Origin: Octopus bimaculoides | Taxonomy: Eukaryota | NCBI RefSeq assembly: GCF_001194135.2 | Contig: NC_068991.1 | Span: forward strand, 17,347,935 to 17,398,554 | Direction of reading: 5' to 3' | Length of the DNA stretch: 50,620 nucleotides | Shown here: one piece after another, positions 9,982-22,270 of the stretch | Layout: each line of letters starts with the position of its first letter | Numbering within the stretch: position 1 is the stretch's first letter | Made by a program: the position numbers and the translations under genes | Notes under the pieces: generated by a model | Seen by the model: the letters and a program-made list of their open reading frames with translations, nothing else | Told to the model about the DNA's origin: nothing | Databases searched by the model: none

Positions 9982-10187
9982 AGCTGGCAGAAACGTTAGC
10001 ACACCGGGCGAAATGCTTAGCGGTATTTCGTCTGACTTTACGTTCTGAGTTCAAATTCCGCCGAGGTCGACTTTTCCTTTCATCCCTTCGGGGTCGATAA
10101 ATTTAGTACCAGTTGCATACTGGAGTCGATCTAATCGACAGGCCCCCCTCCCCAAAAATCTTGAGCCTTGTGCCAGAGTAAAAAAGA
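9982..10187 (+). mobile_element. SINE family C
   Basis: agctggcagaaacgttagcaca...ttctgagttcaaattccgccgaggtcgac..., inserted in (CAT)/(ATT) tracts; multiple copies in the window. Confidence 0.85.
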
Positions 10188-10849
10188 TTATTATTATCAT
10201 TATTATGGCCGTCCTACTGTGAAGTCACGGAAATTTGGTGCTCCGTAAGTTGAAAAAGTATTTGTAATCTTCTCGGCCTTGAAAGGCCCCATCTTTTGAC
10301 TTCTATTGTTATCATTAGATTTCGGAGATTGTCTGGATTGTGCAGATAGTATTTTGTGTAGAAACACTCTATGTTTTGCAGAGGGTGCACATAAATAATT
10401 TTTGAATTTTAACTGCTTTCGGCAAAACAAATATTTCGCAATTTTCTGCAATTTTTTTTAAAGATGGCTGATAAAGAAGCCATCATAATGTTCGATAAAG
10501 GAACGCGCTCCTTGAGAAATTTTGAGAACAAGGAAAGAAATGAGAACATCGAATGGCTTAAGCTTAGTGACGTCACCGTGGCGAAAAATGTTTCGTCTCT
10601 AAGCAACGTTAAAACTTTTGGTGTCCACAAAGGGAACAACAACAGCATCAGCAGTTGCAGTAGCAGCAGCAGTAATTATAGCAGCAGCAGCAGCAACATC
10701 AACAACAAAAACAGCAACAAAAATACGAAAGAAATAAAGCACAAACTGAAAATATTGCTCCTGTTCGTTTTGCGTCAGCGACGAGAAATATGGAGTGCTT
10801 CCACATAGACGAAGAAGAATTAAAATTTCCTAGGAAAATTGTTTAAAGA

Positions 10850-11460
10850 GATGAGAGAAGGGTTGCTCTAAACCCTCCATCGGACGTGATAGAAAATATC
10901 GCAAGATGCACGGTCACACACCGTTGCACCGGAGTCAAGTTTCGGCGGGTGGAAAATGATCCCGAGAGCGAAGTACAAAAGTGCTTGAGAACAAAAGACG
11001 CACATCACCCGAGGAAAGAAATTTGGAACCATTGAGGTAAGATTTGGGACGGAAGAATAAGCAAGATGTAATTCCGCAACCACTTTGAAGAATGACAACT
11101 TTTTGTTAATCCCCAGCTATCGCGGCTAACATCTTGCCCAGATTAGGGTGCTGAATGTGCCGCCAGAAATATCCATTACCTAGTTTGTTGTGGCCGTCTA
11201 GGCAGGTTTAGAAGAAGACGAAGTTACAATACGGGACATCAAGAAACTACTTAAGCAAAATTGGTTAGGTATAGGTATGGAACTGACCCCACAATGCAAG
11301 CAGGACCATATCGATCAGCTGCCTGATCTAATCGATCTCCCGGATGGCACTCATCTGTCAGTGTTCGTGGAAGGTAGAAAACGAAAATACCATAAATGTG
11401 GATCTGTAAAAACACTTAAAGGATTCCTGCCCTGAAACAAAGGAAAATAAAATTTCACCA
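10850..11460 (+). mobile_element. L1/Tx1-like LINE ORF1 remnant
   Basis: Broken frames give FGTIEVRF, IRVLNVPPEI, LPDLIDLPDGTHLSVFVEGRKRK and a decayed zinc knuckle (HKCGS...). The family assignment is from recalled motif similarity. Confidence 0.55.
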
Positions 11461-11979
11461 CAGGGAACATTACAAGTACCACAAGTGCTAAATCATGAGC
11501 AAGTGCACAAAACTCTTACACCTCCCACTTCTACGCTCACACCCACTCCCAAATTAAGACAAAGAAGAAGTCTACCCCCGATTGCCCCGGAAAAGCAAGT
11601 TTCTCCTGAATGCTCTTCCTCCTAAATCAACATCAACTGCAATGAAATGGAGAAGGAAAAGCTGAACGAACAGTAGATCACAGTGACAAAAGGGGGTCGG
11701 CGAAAGAAGAGGAGAGTATATAGCCCTACTCCAAGAAATCAACAAAGACTTTTTATGAAACCACAACTGCAACACAATTCACAACAACTCCAACAAAAAC
11801 TTCAAAAACAGCAACATCATCATCAACAACAGCATGAAATTAAAGAAACAGAAACAGCCGATCACAGAATATCCATCAGACTGTAGACGAACTGTAATCC
11901 ATCAATTTCACTATTGTGAACGAGTGTAACAGTGAATTGATAGATTTTGTAAATCAAAATAAAAAACGGTATAAAGACA

Positions 11980-12077
11980 GAGGGAAAGGAATTTGAGGAC
12001 TTCATCCTCAAAACCCCCAAGGACAGACGAGGGAAAGGAATTTGAGGACTTCATCCTCAAAACCCCCAAGGACAGAC
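11980..12077. repeat. Perfect 2 x 49 bp tandem duplication
   Basis: gagggaaaggaatttgaggacttcatcctcaaaacccccaaggacagac at 11980 and 12029. Confidence 0.95.
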
Positions 12078-12133
12078 CTTTAACTAAAACGTCGTCAGAT
12101 GTTTATAAAACAATAAGAGAAAAATTCCCATGT

Positions 12134-12299
12134 AGGCGCAGGAGTGACTGTGTGGTAAGTAGGTTGCTTACCAACCACATGATTCCGGGTTCAGTCCCAC
12201 TGCGTGGCACCTTGGGCAAGTGTCTTCTACTATAGCCTCGGGCCGACCAAAGCCTTGTGAGTGGATTTGGTAGACGGAAACTGGAAGAAGCCTGTCGTA

Positions 12300-12365
<66 letters not shown>

Positions 12366-12421
12366 TGTGTGTCTGTGTTTGTCCCCCTAGCATTGCTTGA
12401 CAACCGATGCTGGTGTGTTTA
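12134..12421 (+). mobile_element. SINE family B (internal TA/TG microsatellite), 5' part
   Basis: aggcgcaggagtg...ccgggttcagtcccactgcgtggcaccttgggcaagtgtcttct; copies at 22065, 37702, 43768 and 49496. Confidence 0.88.
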
Positions 12422-12895
12422 NNNNNNNNNNNNNNNNNNNNNNNNNNNNNNNNNNNNNNNNNNNNNNNNNNNNNNNNNNNNNNNNNNNNNNNNNNNNNNN
12501 NNNNNNNNNNNNNNNNNNNNNNNNNNNNNNNNNNNNNNNNNNNNNNNNNNNNNNNNNNNNNNNNNNNNNNNNNNNNNNNNNNNNNNNNNNNNNNNNNNNN
12601 NNNNNNNNNNNNNNNNNNNNNNNNNNNNNNNNNNNNNNNNNNNNNNNNNNNNNNNNNNNNNNNNNNNNNNNNNNNNNNNNNNNNNNNNNNNNNNNNNNNN
12701 NNNNNNNNNNNNNNNNNNNNNNNNNNNNNNNNNNNNNNNNNNNNNNNNNNNNNNNNNNNNNNNNNNNNNNNNNNNNNNNNNNNNNNNNNNNNNNNNNNNN
12801 NNNNNNNNNNNNNNNNNNNNNNNNNNNNNNNNNNNNNNNNNNNNNNNNNNNNNNNNNNNNNNNNNNNNNNNNNNNNNNNNNNNNNNNNNNNNNNN

Positions 12896-13500
12896 AGCAA
12901 GGTCACTTGCTCAATGATTTCAGGTCGCTTGATTTGGATGAGGCTGCCACTAGTGAAACAAGGATCTACGGAAAACATGCCGTAGCATCCATTTTCGAGA
13001 ACATCGAGTTGTTTTCATCTTGTGTTCTATCTGCAGCAGTTCGACCTGCAGAGACTCATTGATCTAGAGCTACGCACCCTGTTGGAACCCCTATTTCAAC
13101 CGCCTGCGTTCGCAATCGTACTCGCTTGATCATTACTCAACATTCATGGCCATAAGTGAGGATAGGCGCGAAAAACCAAACTGAAGATACCGAGTTTGGC
13201 CTTTTTTTTTTTTTTTTACCAACCTTTCCTTTTCTGACGATCGAATGCTGGAGCTAACGTATCGTTGTTCTACCTTCTGCAATTCTAGCATCCAATTCAG
13301 CCTTCTGCACCACATTACTCGTGAATATAGTCTCAAGATACATAAACTTTTCCATTTGTCTTAGTAATGTTCCACTAACATGCAGAGTGCACTGGGAGAC
13401 TTTCTTGAGAGGACCAACGTCACAACACTAGTTCTTATCCCTGTTTTGCAGCACTCGGCAGCGAACCTATTTGCTGCATGCTGGAGATCACCTGATGAGC
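12896..13500 (-). mobile_element. RTE-clade LINE, reverse transcriptase C-terminal remnant
   Basis: The minus strand gives LQHAANRFAAEC, KAELDARI, AKLGIFS and VMIKRVRLRTQAVEIG, with stops and frameshifts. Confidence 0.75.
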
Positions 13501-13973
13501 CAAAGAAATTCCTTTATAATCATCGGCAAATTATGACATCATAATAGAAATGCATCGAAATTTTCAAATGAAATATAAAGCAAAGGGGAAAAAATTGTAA
13601 TGTATTCTCTTCCTTCAATTTTCTATGAAAACAATTCACGATTAAAATGACGTCATAAGAGAATATTTTTCATATTTTACAAAATTTCTTCTTTCACGAA
13701 ATTGTTGAAAAGCGTGTGATGGACAGACAGGCGGACGAACAGGGAAACACATCTCTTATTATTATATAAAATTCAACACAACATACATTGTTTACTGGCG
13801 ACCGCCTTATGTTCACAATTGTTGTTGGAATGAGACGTGAAATTCTCTACTATGGTGTTTCGTGGTAAAAATTGTCTTCGGTCAGCTGACGATCGAAAAG
13901 TTTCCGGTTTTTTCCGCTCAGTATTTGAATATTCCCTTTTCTGCCACATTGATCTACGTATTCTTTTCTTCCT

Positions 13974-14005
<32 letters not shown>

Positions 14006-14099
14006 TGTATGTATGCATGTATGTATGTATGTATGTATGAGCGAATAGATTCCAAAGAGGCTGGTGTTAGTCTGCATCGGCAAGACATGTAATGGAGTA

Positions 14100-14745
14100 A
14101 AAGCAATGAAATGAATAATATGAACTTTCTGTTCATATTATAAAATCCAACGTTTCGGACAGAGTCATTCTTCAGAGAAAAGTTGCAAGGAGAGAAATTG
14201 ATGAGAGACAGCAGGGTTTCGCATCCTCTAAGATAAAAAAAAAACTGGTTGCAACTGATAAAGGAACGTAGGACCACGTGAGCTTCACGAGAACAGGAAA
14301 CGGTGGGGAAAAATAGTGTAGTGTAAGAAGGTAGAAGGAAAGAAGAATGAAATAAGGAGAGAAGGCAAAGTCGATCGTGAGGTGAAGGGAAAAAGACGGG
14401 AGTTGAAGGATGTGAAAGAGTTAAATTAACTAAGAGGGGGTGAATGAGTGGATGGGGAAACGTCCATTTGAACCTGTCGGTGACATCGTGCCAAATTCGG
14501 ATATGAAATTTATTTCCCTCTGTTTCTTTGAAAATGTGGATCCATGGTGTGCAGCGACATCGTACTCTGCTGAATGGCGGAATCGCTTGCGTTGAAATGG
14601 GTAGCTACAGGTTGGCCTTCCATACGTAGTAGTATACTTCGAATATGCTCCCGAGAGCGATCAGCAAAGCGTTGGCCTGTTTACTCAATGTGAAAGGGCG
14701 CCACAAAGTTTGCATATGATATAATATATAAGGTTAGACGATGTG
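14100..14745 (-). mobile_element. Penelope-like element 3' remnant (GIY-YIG endonuclease and pLTR)
   Basis: The minus strand gives SNLIYYIICKLCGA...TGQRFADRSREHIRS...PVATHFN...FISEFGTMSPTG; decayed hammerhead at 14142-14182. Confidence 0.8.
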
Positions 14746-14920
14746 CAACACAAGTACTAAGTAAAGTACGATTGTAGTGTTGTTTATGTAGTAGCAGGAT
14801 TTGTATCATCAGCGAGCGCACTTAAAAGGGTTTGGATTGTGCAGAGCTTGTTACTGTGTTGTGCGTAGACAGACAGACACAGGCAGGCAGACAGGCAAGC
14901 AGACAGACAGATCGATAGAC

Positions 14921-14960
<40 letters not shown>

Positions 14961-15312
14961 GGATGGATGGATGGATGGATGGATGGATGGATGGATGGAT
15001 AGATATATAGATAGATAGATAGATAGATAGGGGTATATGAAAGGTCTTTGGAATGTTTTATAAATCGTCACTGTACCTTTGATGTGGAGGATGCAGGTCA
15101 CATTGCTTTGTTATTTATTTATGTCTTAAAACCCCCAGGATTTCTATACATTGCAAATTACTTACTACATATCCCGGTGCACCTCTGATAGCAAGCATAA
15201 AGGAAAAGCCATAGGTTGAATACAAGAGATGTAAGTCATCTGTGTTCATAACAAATGTACACACGCTGTCGATAGGGCACTTCCTGCAGTATTTGTCCTG
15301 TGATAAAATATT

Positions 15313-15560
15313 TTAAGGACTTATCGAGTTAAAACCGCAATAAACGTCGAAGATGGACAAGAATTTATAGGAACCTGGCAGGCGTGAAGTGGATTCGATC
15401 CACTTTACCCATATTTGAATAGCTAGGCCGAAGCGGTCTCCACCACTTGACCCTTTTCTGACCTCTTCTACTCCATCTAGAATTGAGGTAAACAAGCTAA
15501 ATCCTTTGCACTCACTGCCCTGCTTCATGGCTATATAAACAGGACACTCCAAGAAAACTT
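15313..15560 (-). mobile_element. Probable L1/Tx1 ORF2 C-terminal remnant
   Basis: The minus ORF LDGVEEVRKGSSGGDRF...WVKW resembles Tx1-type C-termini; weak. Confidence 0.35.
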
Positions 15561-15798
15561 CCTCTTTCTCTCTTTACTCGACAGCTTGGTCGCTGGTCGG
15601 CGGCGACTGGACATTTGAAGCCATGGACCTAAGCAGGCATACGAGCTAGTAATTCCTTTTCTCTATAACACTACCATCTCTCTCTATACAATTACTGCCA
15701 TAAAAAAAGGAACATACAGATACAGGCCTAAATTCCTAACCTTGCATGTTTTATATGCTATTGCACTGGCCTACCCGTCGTGGTAAGGCAACATAGAA

Positions 15799-15920
15799 TG
15801 TAACGGCAAAAATAAATATTTTCTTATAAAAATGTTCATGTCCATTCAATCTTATAACCGTTACAAGTGGTGACCCCGACATCGTTCAACCTTATAACCG
15901 TTACAAATTCACCCCGACAG
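15799..15920 (+). mobile_element. Shrunken LTR (TGTAACGG...CCGTTACA) followed by a tRNA-Trp primer binding site
   Basis: 8-bp inverted termini TG...CA at 15799-15865, then ag, then TGGTGACCCCGAC (15868-15880), complementary to the tRNA-Trp 3' end; a partial duplicate follows. Confidence 0.7.
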
Positions 15921-16619
15921 CGACCAGCGAGCGTGCCAGATGCATTTCGTTTTTTTTGGTGGGGTAGGGGGTTCCTTTCTTTCTGACAAGTATGGTAACT
16001 ATTTCCTTGCAGCTAACACAACTGTGATAATGTATAGAATTAAGGGTTTTAACGATAAACGTGACCAAACAGCCAAAATAAATATTTATTGTACCCTTTT
16101 TTTCCCCGAAAGTTTTCGTCTTCGTTATATCTTCTGATGAATGTTACTTTGGTGAGAAACCGGAAGTGATGGGTACTGTAGTATCTTCGAGGACTCCTTG
16201 GCGACTGTCGATCATTCCAGGAGTTCTATTTCGCATGGTAAACATTATCATACATTTTTTTCAGGATGTTAATATCGCCAATCATGACCCAGTATAACTG
16301 TGGTAGCAGCTACCGATCAGATGGACGAAGCCCACTACTTACTCCAAGGCGGCGCATGGGCAGATTGAATTTTGACAGCGATACGCTTGATCTCCCACCA
16401 ATGGGAGGTGGATAAGGACTGTAAACGGAAAGCAGTCTGCTGTCTCAAAAGGACTGCAGACTGCCTCAGATGTTTCCCGCTAGTCTGGAAACAGTAATTA
16501 TACCAAATCCTCCACTTCTCCTCCCCCTGCTCCTCCTTCTCTTCAAACCCACCACTACCAGCACCATTTATCTTCTTCCCTCTTTCTCTCTCTTCTGACT
16601 GCATGACATCATGAATTTC

Positions 16620-16652
<33 letters not shown>

Positions 16653-16719
16653 TTATTTTCCAGTATTCCTTCTTCTTCCTCCTTCTTTGCCATGATTTCA
16701 TCCAGATGGCTTCAAGAGT

Positions 16720-16965
16720 AACTTTGGTGGTATATAGCTGTAGCTCTCCAACCGTTTTTGCACCGTAGACTGATTTCATGCAGATCATATAATACATATT
16801 TATTATAACAGCTGGATGTTTTTCCTCCAGCCGTAGAAACCATGCCAAAACAAACATGGAGCCCGGGCAGCTCTTCGGCTGGCCAGCTCCTGTCAAACCG
16901 TCCAACTCATGCCAGCATGGAAAACGGACGTTAAGTGATGATGACGATGATGATGATGATGATGA
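16720..16965 (+). mobile_element. LINE 3' end with (GAT)n tail
   Basis: ccaactcatgccagcatggaaaacggacgttaagtgatgatgacgatgatg; a trinucleotide tail typical of RTE-like elements. Confidence 0.55.
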
Positions 16966-18220
16966 ATCCATGAGCTGACATTCCAATGATTTCTCTACTA
17001 AGCCATTCCATACCAGCGAGATGATTGTTAGCACACAGTAGAATCGGTTTAGAAAGTATTATGTAACTGGAGGGCGGAAAAATATAACATCTGATTATGG
17101 ATTTTGATAAACATATAAATAAGAGAATTGAATGAAAGATTGATAAGTAAAACATCATAATTAAGTTTCGTTTTTGGATTTGGCTTATTATCTAACGCAC
17201 TTTACCGGTGGGTGTGTTAGTTAATAAGGCACTAAAAGAGAATGACTCTCCCCAGACACAACAAAATCATCATTAAATCTTTCCTTTAAATGAACTGGCC
17301 TGCTACTTGTCTCTTACTCTCACTCATGTAAAAAGTAAAATCTAAATAATGAAATAATGACGTAGTGGATAGTTACGTCATTGCGATGAACGCTGAACGC
17401 GACTCCATTCGAGCTGGAATATATTTTTTCACTAAGTTGTCCTTGTGAATGATAAATGCTTTTGATAAACTTTTGTAACTATCTAGTTATAGTTTGGTAA
17501 TTTTTCTGTCTTGGTTGGCAGCATTAAAAGTAACAATTCTGTTGAATGGTCGTAAAACCTCGACAATCTTCCGTTGGAGGTTGATAATGACAAAATATTG
17601 AAGTGGAAGCTTTAATTTGGTTTATAATCATTTATATCTCACAACAATTCATTGTTTCAAAAAGTATAAAGAGAAATTACCTTCCTAATCTGATGTTCAG
17701 TTCTCACTTGTATGGATTTTACCTTTCATTTTATAACAGCGTTTATTCAATTTATCCGTGCATCTCTCTTAACAAAGATTTGTTATTGAAAGCCAAAGCA
17801 AGGAATCATTATCATAAGGTAAGTTTTATTATCGTTCTATTAAAAACATTCTATATTTTTAAATGACTATATTATATCAAATAATCAAAATTAGTACACT
17901 ACTCTATAGAAAGGTGGTATGTCATGTTTTTAGACGAATCAAGTTGTGTAATGTAAAGTATAGGTGTTGATATGAAGAAATATTACTCTAGTTGCCCCAA
18001 TTTAGGTAACTGGAGAATAGATAACCAGATATTTTGAGAAAAGTTGCTCACAATAAACTAGCTTGCTCTATAGGAGATTGGAGGTTGTTCCTTTGATTTT
18101 TCTCTATCGCTACAGATTCCGGTTAATTGAAGAATCAAGTTACTTGATGAGTTTTATTGAGCATAGCAAACCATTTGGCGGTTATTGCATGTAAATGGCG
18201 CTAGCACTCAGCAACGGGTC

Positions 18221-18447
18221 CTTCTTCAAAAATATTGGTTTCAAATTTTGGCACAAGTCCATGAAGGGTGCGTGGTGGGGAGTCAATATCATCAATCCCA
18301 GTGCTCGGCTGGTACTTATTTTATCGATCCCGAAAGAATGAAATGCAAAGTCGACCTCGGAGGTTTTTGAACTCAGAACGTGCAGACGGACAAAATGCCG
18401 CGGAGTATTTTGCCCGGCGTGCTTAATGATTCTGCCAGCTTGCCGCC
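18221..18447 (-). mobile_element. SINE family C
   Basis: Reverse-strand homolog of 9982-10187. Confidence 0.85.
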
Positions 18448-18450
18448 TTC

Positions 18451-18667
18451 CTTCTTCAAAATATTGGTTTCAAATTTTAGTTCAAGGCCACTAGTTTCTG
18501 AGAAGGGGTTAAGTCGGTTACATCGACCCCTGTTACTTATTTTATCGACCCCGAAAGGACAAAAGGCAAAGTTTCCCTCAACAGAATTTGTATTCAGAAA
18601 GTGCAGACAGATGAAATGCCGCTAAGCATTTTGCTCGGCGTGCTAACGGTTCTGCCAGCTAGTCATC
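18451..18667 (-). mobile_element. SINE family C (second, tandem copy)
   Basis: Reverse-strand homolog directly adjacent to 18221-18447. Confidence 0.85.
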
Positions 18668-19575
18668 TTCCTTCTTCAAAATGTTGATACTGTGACACAC
18701 AGTCCATTGTGTCCGAGTAGGGGATATATCTTTATTAACGTCAGTGCTTTATCGGTCCGTGGAGGGAGGGGTCGATCTCAAAGAAATATACTTCAAAGTA
18801 AGAACTAGACAGAGGATTCCAATTCAGAACATCAAATAAATAATGTCTCTCTTCTGCTTTCTTATTTCTTTTGCTAACATAGCCACACAACTTGAAATTT
18901 ATAAGAGAGAGCGAATTATATTGCATGATGTTTTGCTAATTTACGTCTAAGTCAAATAGAAAGGGCAGCTTCCATAGGATTTACAGGACCCCCAGATTGG
19001 TTGGGGAAAAAGGTAAAACTCAAGTTGCATGTAAACCACTACTTCGATTACTTAGAATAGCCTCACCAGAAGCCAGTGGACGCAAGTGATCTTACCAACG
19101 AAAAGAGGAATTTATACAGTGACCGTAATAATGAAGCTGAGACTGTCTTCTTTGATGACGATGCCACTGTGAAACCTGTCTTCTCTGATGACGATTCTCC
19201 TCTGTGAAACCACTTCTATCTGTACTCTCTTACAAATAGTGTTACTAGGTAAGAAAAGGTGCACCAAGATATCGAGTTTTATTTATAAGTCACCTGATCT
19301 GAATGTTTGCTACAGAGTGAATTCTGCTCTTGGCACCCAAAGTTCATGCGTTGGTATTGAAATAAGAGACAAATTAGATGTACAATCCATTCCAATAGCG
19401 TTGGTTATTTGAAAGTAATGGAACTGGAATAACAGTTAGTCGAGATCAAATTTACGAACGCCATTCATTAATAGCTTACCTTTTGTTCTACAGTACTCAA
19501 CCTTCTTAATTACTGATTTAGGAATCTTACCCTTGTGTCAAAATTTGATATCAATATTCAATATTTGAAAAAAAA

Positions 19576-19815
19576 GGCGGCGAGGTGGCAGAATCGTTAG
19601 CGCGGCGAACAAAAAGCTTAACGGCGTTTCGTCCGTCCTTGCGTTCTGAGTTCAAATGTCACTAAGGTCGACTTCGCCTTTCATCCTTTCGGGGTCGATA
19701 AAATAAAATATGTACCAGTTGAACATTGGTGTCGATGTAATCGATCTACTTCCTCCTCAGAACAGGTGTTGGAGGGGGCGGCGGGCTTGTGGCTTTGTGT
19801 CAAATTATGAAACCA
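19576..19815 (+). mobile_element. SINE family C
   Basis: ggcggcgaggtggcagaatcgttagc...ttctgagttcaaat...ggggtcgataaa. Confidence 0.85.
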
Positions 19816-19927
19816 ATATTAAATATTTGAAATAAATACTAAACATTTAAGCTAAATTCAACTGCATATCATTTTGTCAAAAATTTTACTGTTTCGATAA
19901 CTTTACTCAATTATAACACACACACAA

Positions 19928-19970
<43 letters not shown>

Positions 19971-19983
19971 CACATACACACAA

Positions 19984-20014
<31 letters not shown>

Positions 20015-20156
20015 CATCACTTCAATGAAGCTCCTTCTCCAAATACTTGATATATTAGGATGCTAAAAATAATAAAAAAAGCTGTTTACCGATGTAGACC
20101 TAATATTATTTTCAATAGTCTCCATTTTTAACTGCATGAATACGTATAAGCGAGTT

Positions 20157-20196
<40 letters not shown>

Positions 20197-20639
20197 CCGT
20201 CCGTGCATGTGTCCGTGCGTGCGTCCGTGCGTGCGCGTGTCCGTGCGTGCGTCCGTGCGCGCGTGCGCGTACGTATGCGTGTATGTATACATATACGTAT
20301 ATAAATAAGTATGTGAGCGTATGCATGTGTTGATGTATAAGTATATACTGATATAATAGGATTTTTATATACTTGTACTTTCGCTACTTAAGTGTTTACA
20401 AATGTTCGAAGGTAGATCTGCAAATGTATCATGCATAGATTCTAGGTTTCATTCATCTGTTTTTCTTCATTTGGTAATGTAATTAGGTTATCTATTTTCT
20501 ACATGTTATTTCGTTCATTACTAATTCTAATACAAGGATATATGTTTATTCAAATACTAGTTTCCGATTACGAAGTAATCTTATGTATGTGTGTTTTAAC
20601 ATAACACATAACGTTATTTGATTACTGTCTCTAATTCTT

Positions 20640-20930
20640 TGACGCCATATTTCGTAAAGAAATTATTTTATCTACTCTGCATCAAATTTGTTCCAAACGT
20701 TTAATCACAGTGTCCAGGGTGGAATTTACACTGTCCTTTAGCAAGCTTGAGTTTGACAATTTTCCTACACCTGTCGTCGGCTTTATTAGGAATGTTCAAC
20801 AGGGAGATTACTCTATAATTAGAAGACCTTTTTTTTGTTGTCTCCCTTGCAAAAATTATGATTTTTAACTCCAGATTACCATTGCTTTGATCTCCTTCGA
20901 GATACAGGTTGAGTTGCATACAGCGAGAGT
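20640..20930 (-). mobile_element. LINE reverse transcriptase N-terminal remnant
   Basis: The minus ORF contains KKRSSNYRVISLLNIPNK...QCKFHPG, matching the NYRPISLL and QxGFR motifs. Confidence 0.65.
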
Positions 20931-22064
20931 ATACTTTCTCTACTTAAGGCTTTTAACATCGCTGGCCAAATTTCATCCTTCCCAGCGACCTTGGCACATT
21001 TTAACGCTTTAATTGCCTCTATGACTTCAGCTTCGGAAAGGATGCCTGAGGATTTTATTCCGACGATTCTCTCAGGGATAGTGGTCGGAAAAGATGGTTG
21101 GATAGATGGATGCTTAACGACAAAGAAATATTATACGTTTACAGGTTCTAAAAATTCTGTTGCCGAAAACCAATAGAATTAACAAATCCGAAGATTCTTA
21201 GGTAGCGAATTAAATCTGTAAAAATATATCCATTCGCTTTACGGTTTTCTGAACTCGCATTGAGTCCATTTTGGATTTCTGGCTTTGATCTTGTGTGCCT
21301 GTGTATGTGTATCAATCTTTCTCTCTCTCTCTCTNNNNNNNNNNNNNNNNNNNNNNNNNNNNNNNNNNNNNNNNNNNNNNNNNNNNNNNNNNNNNNNNNN
21401 NNNNNNNNNNNNNNNNNNNNNNNNNNNNNNNNNNNNNNNNNNNNNNNNNNNNNNNNNNNNNNNNNNNNNNNNNNNNNNNNNNNNNNNNNNNNNNNNNNNN
21501 NNNNNNNNNNNNNNNNNNNNNNNNNNNNNNNNNNNNNNNNNNNNNNNNNNNNNNNNNNNNNNNNNNNNNNNNNNNNNNNNNNNNNNNNNNNNNNNNNNNN
21601 NNNNNNNNNNNNNNNNNNNNNNNNNNNNNNNNNNNNNNNNNNNNNNNNNNNNNNNNNNNNNNNNNNNNNNNNNNNNNNNNNNNNNNNNNNNNNNNNNNNN
21701 NNNNNNNNNNNNNNNNNNNNNNNNNNNNNNNNNNNNNNNNNNNNNNNNNNNNNNNNNNNNNNNNNNNNNNNNNNNNNNNNNNNNNNNNNNNNNNNNNNNN
21801 NNNNNNNNNNNNNNNNNNNNNNNNNNNNNNNNNNNNNNNNNNNNNNNNNNNNNNNNNNNNNNNNNNNNNNNNNNNNNNNNNNNNNNNNNNNNNNNNNNNN
21901 NNNNNNNNNNNNNNNNNNNNNNNNNNNNNNNNNNNNNNNNNNNNNNNNNNNNNNNNNNNNNNNNNNNNNNNNNNNNNNNNNNNNNNNNNNNNNNNNNNNN
22001 NNNNNNNNNNNNNNNNNNNNNNNNNNNNNNNNNNNNNNNNNNNNNNNNNNNNNNNNNNNNNNNN

Positions 22065-22270
22065 TATATATATATATATGTTTGTGTGTCTGTCTTTGTC
22101 TTTGACAATCGATGCCGGTGTGTTTACGTTCCCGTCACTTAGCGGTTCGACAAGAGAGATAGAATAAGTACTAGGCTTACAAAGAATAAGTCCCGGGGTC
22201 GATTTGCTCGACTAAAGGCGGTGCTCAAGCATGGCCGCAGTCAAATGACTGAAACAAGTAAAAGAATAAA
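22065..22270 (+). mobile_element. SINE family B, 3' half
   Basis: gacaatcgatgccggtgtgtttacgt...ggcggtgctcaagcatggccgcagtcaaatgactgaaacaagtaaaaga. Confidence 0.85.

Noticed and set aside
13490-13510. CTGATGAGCCAAAGAAA
   Set aside because: Stem II has no closing strand; the sequence is part of the RTE coding remnant.
16127-16170. CTGATGA...GAAACCGGA, hammerhead-like
   Set aside because: Stem II does not pair and U16.1 is absent; at best an unrecognisably decayed remnant.
19144-19212. CTGATGA...GAAAC in a short imperfect tandem repeat
   Set aside because: No pairing for stem II, stem III or stem I; not a hammerhead.
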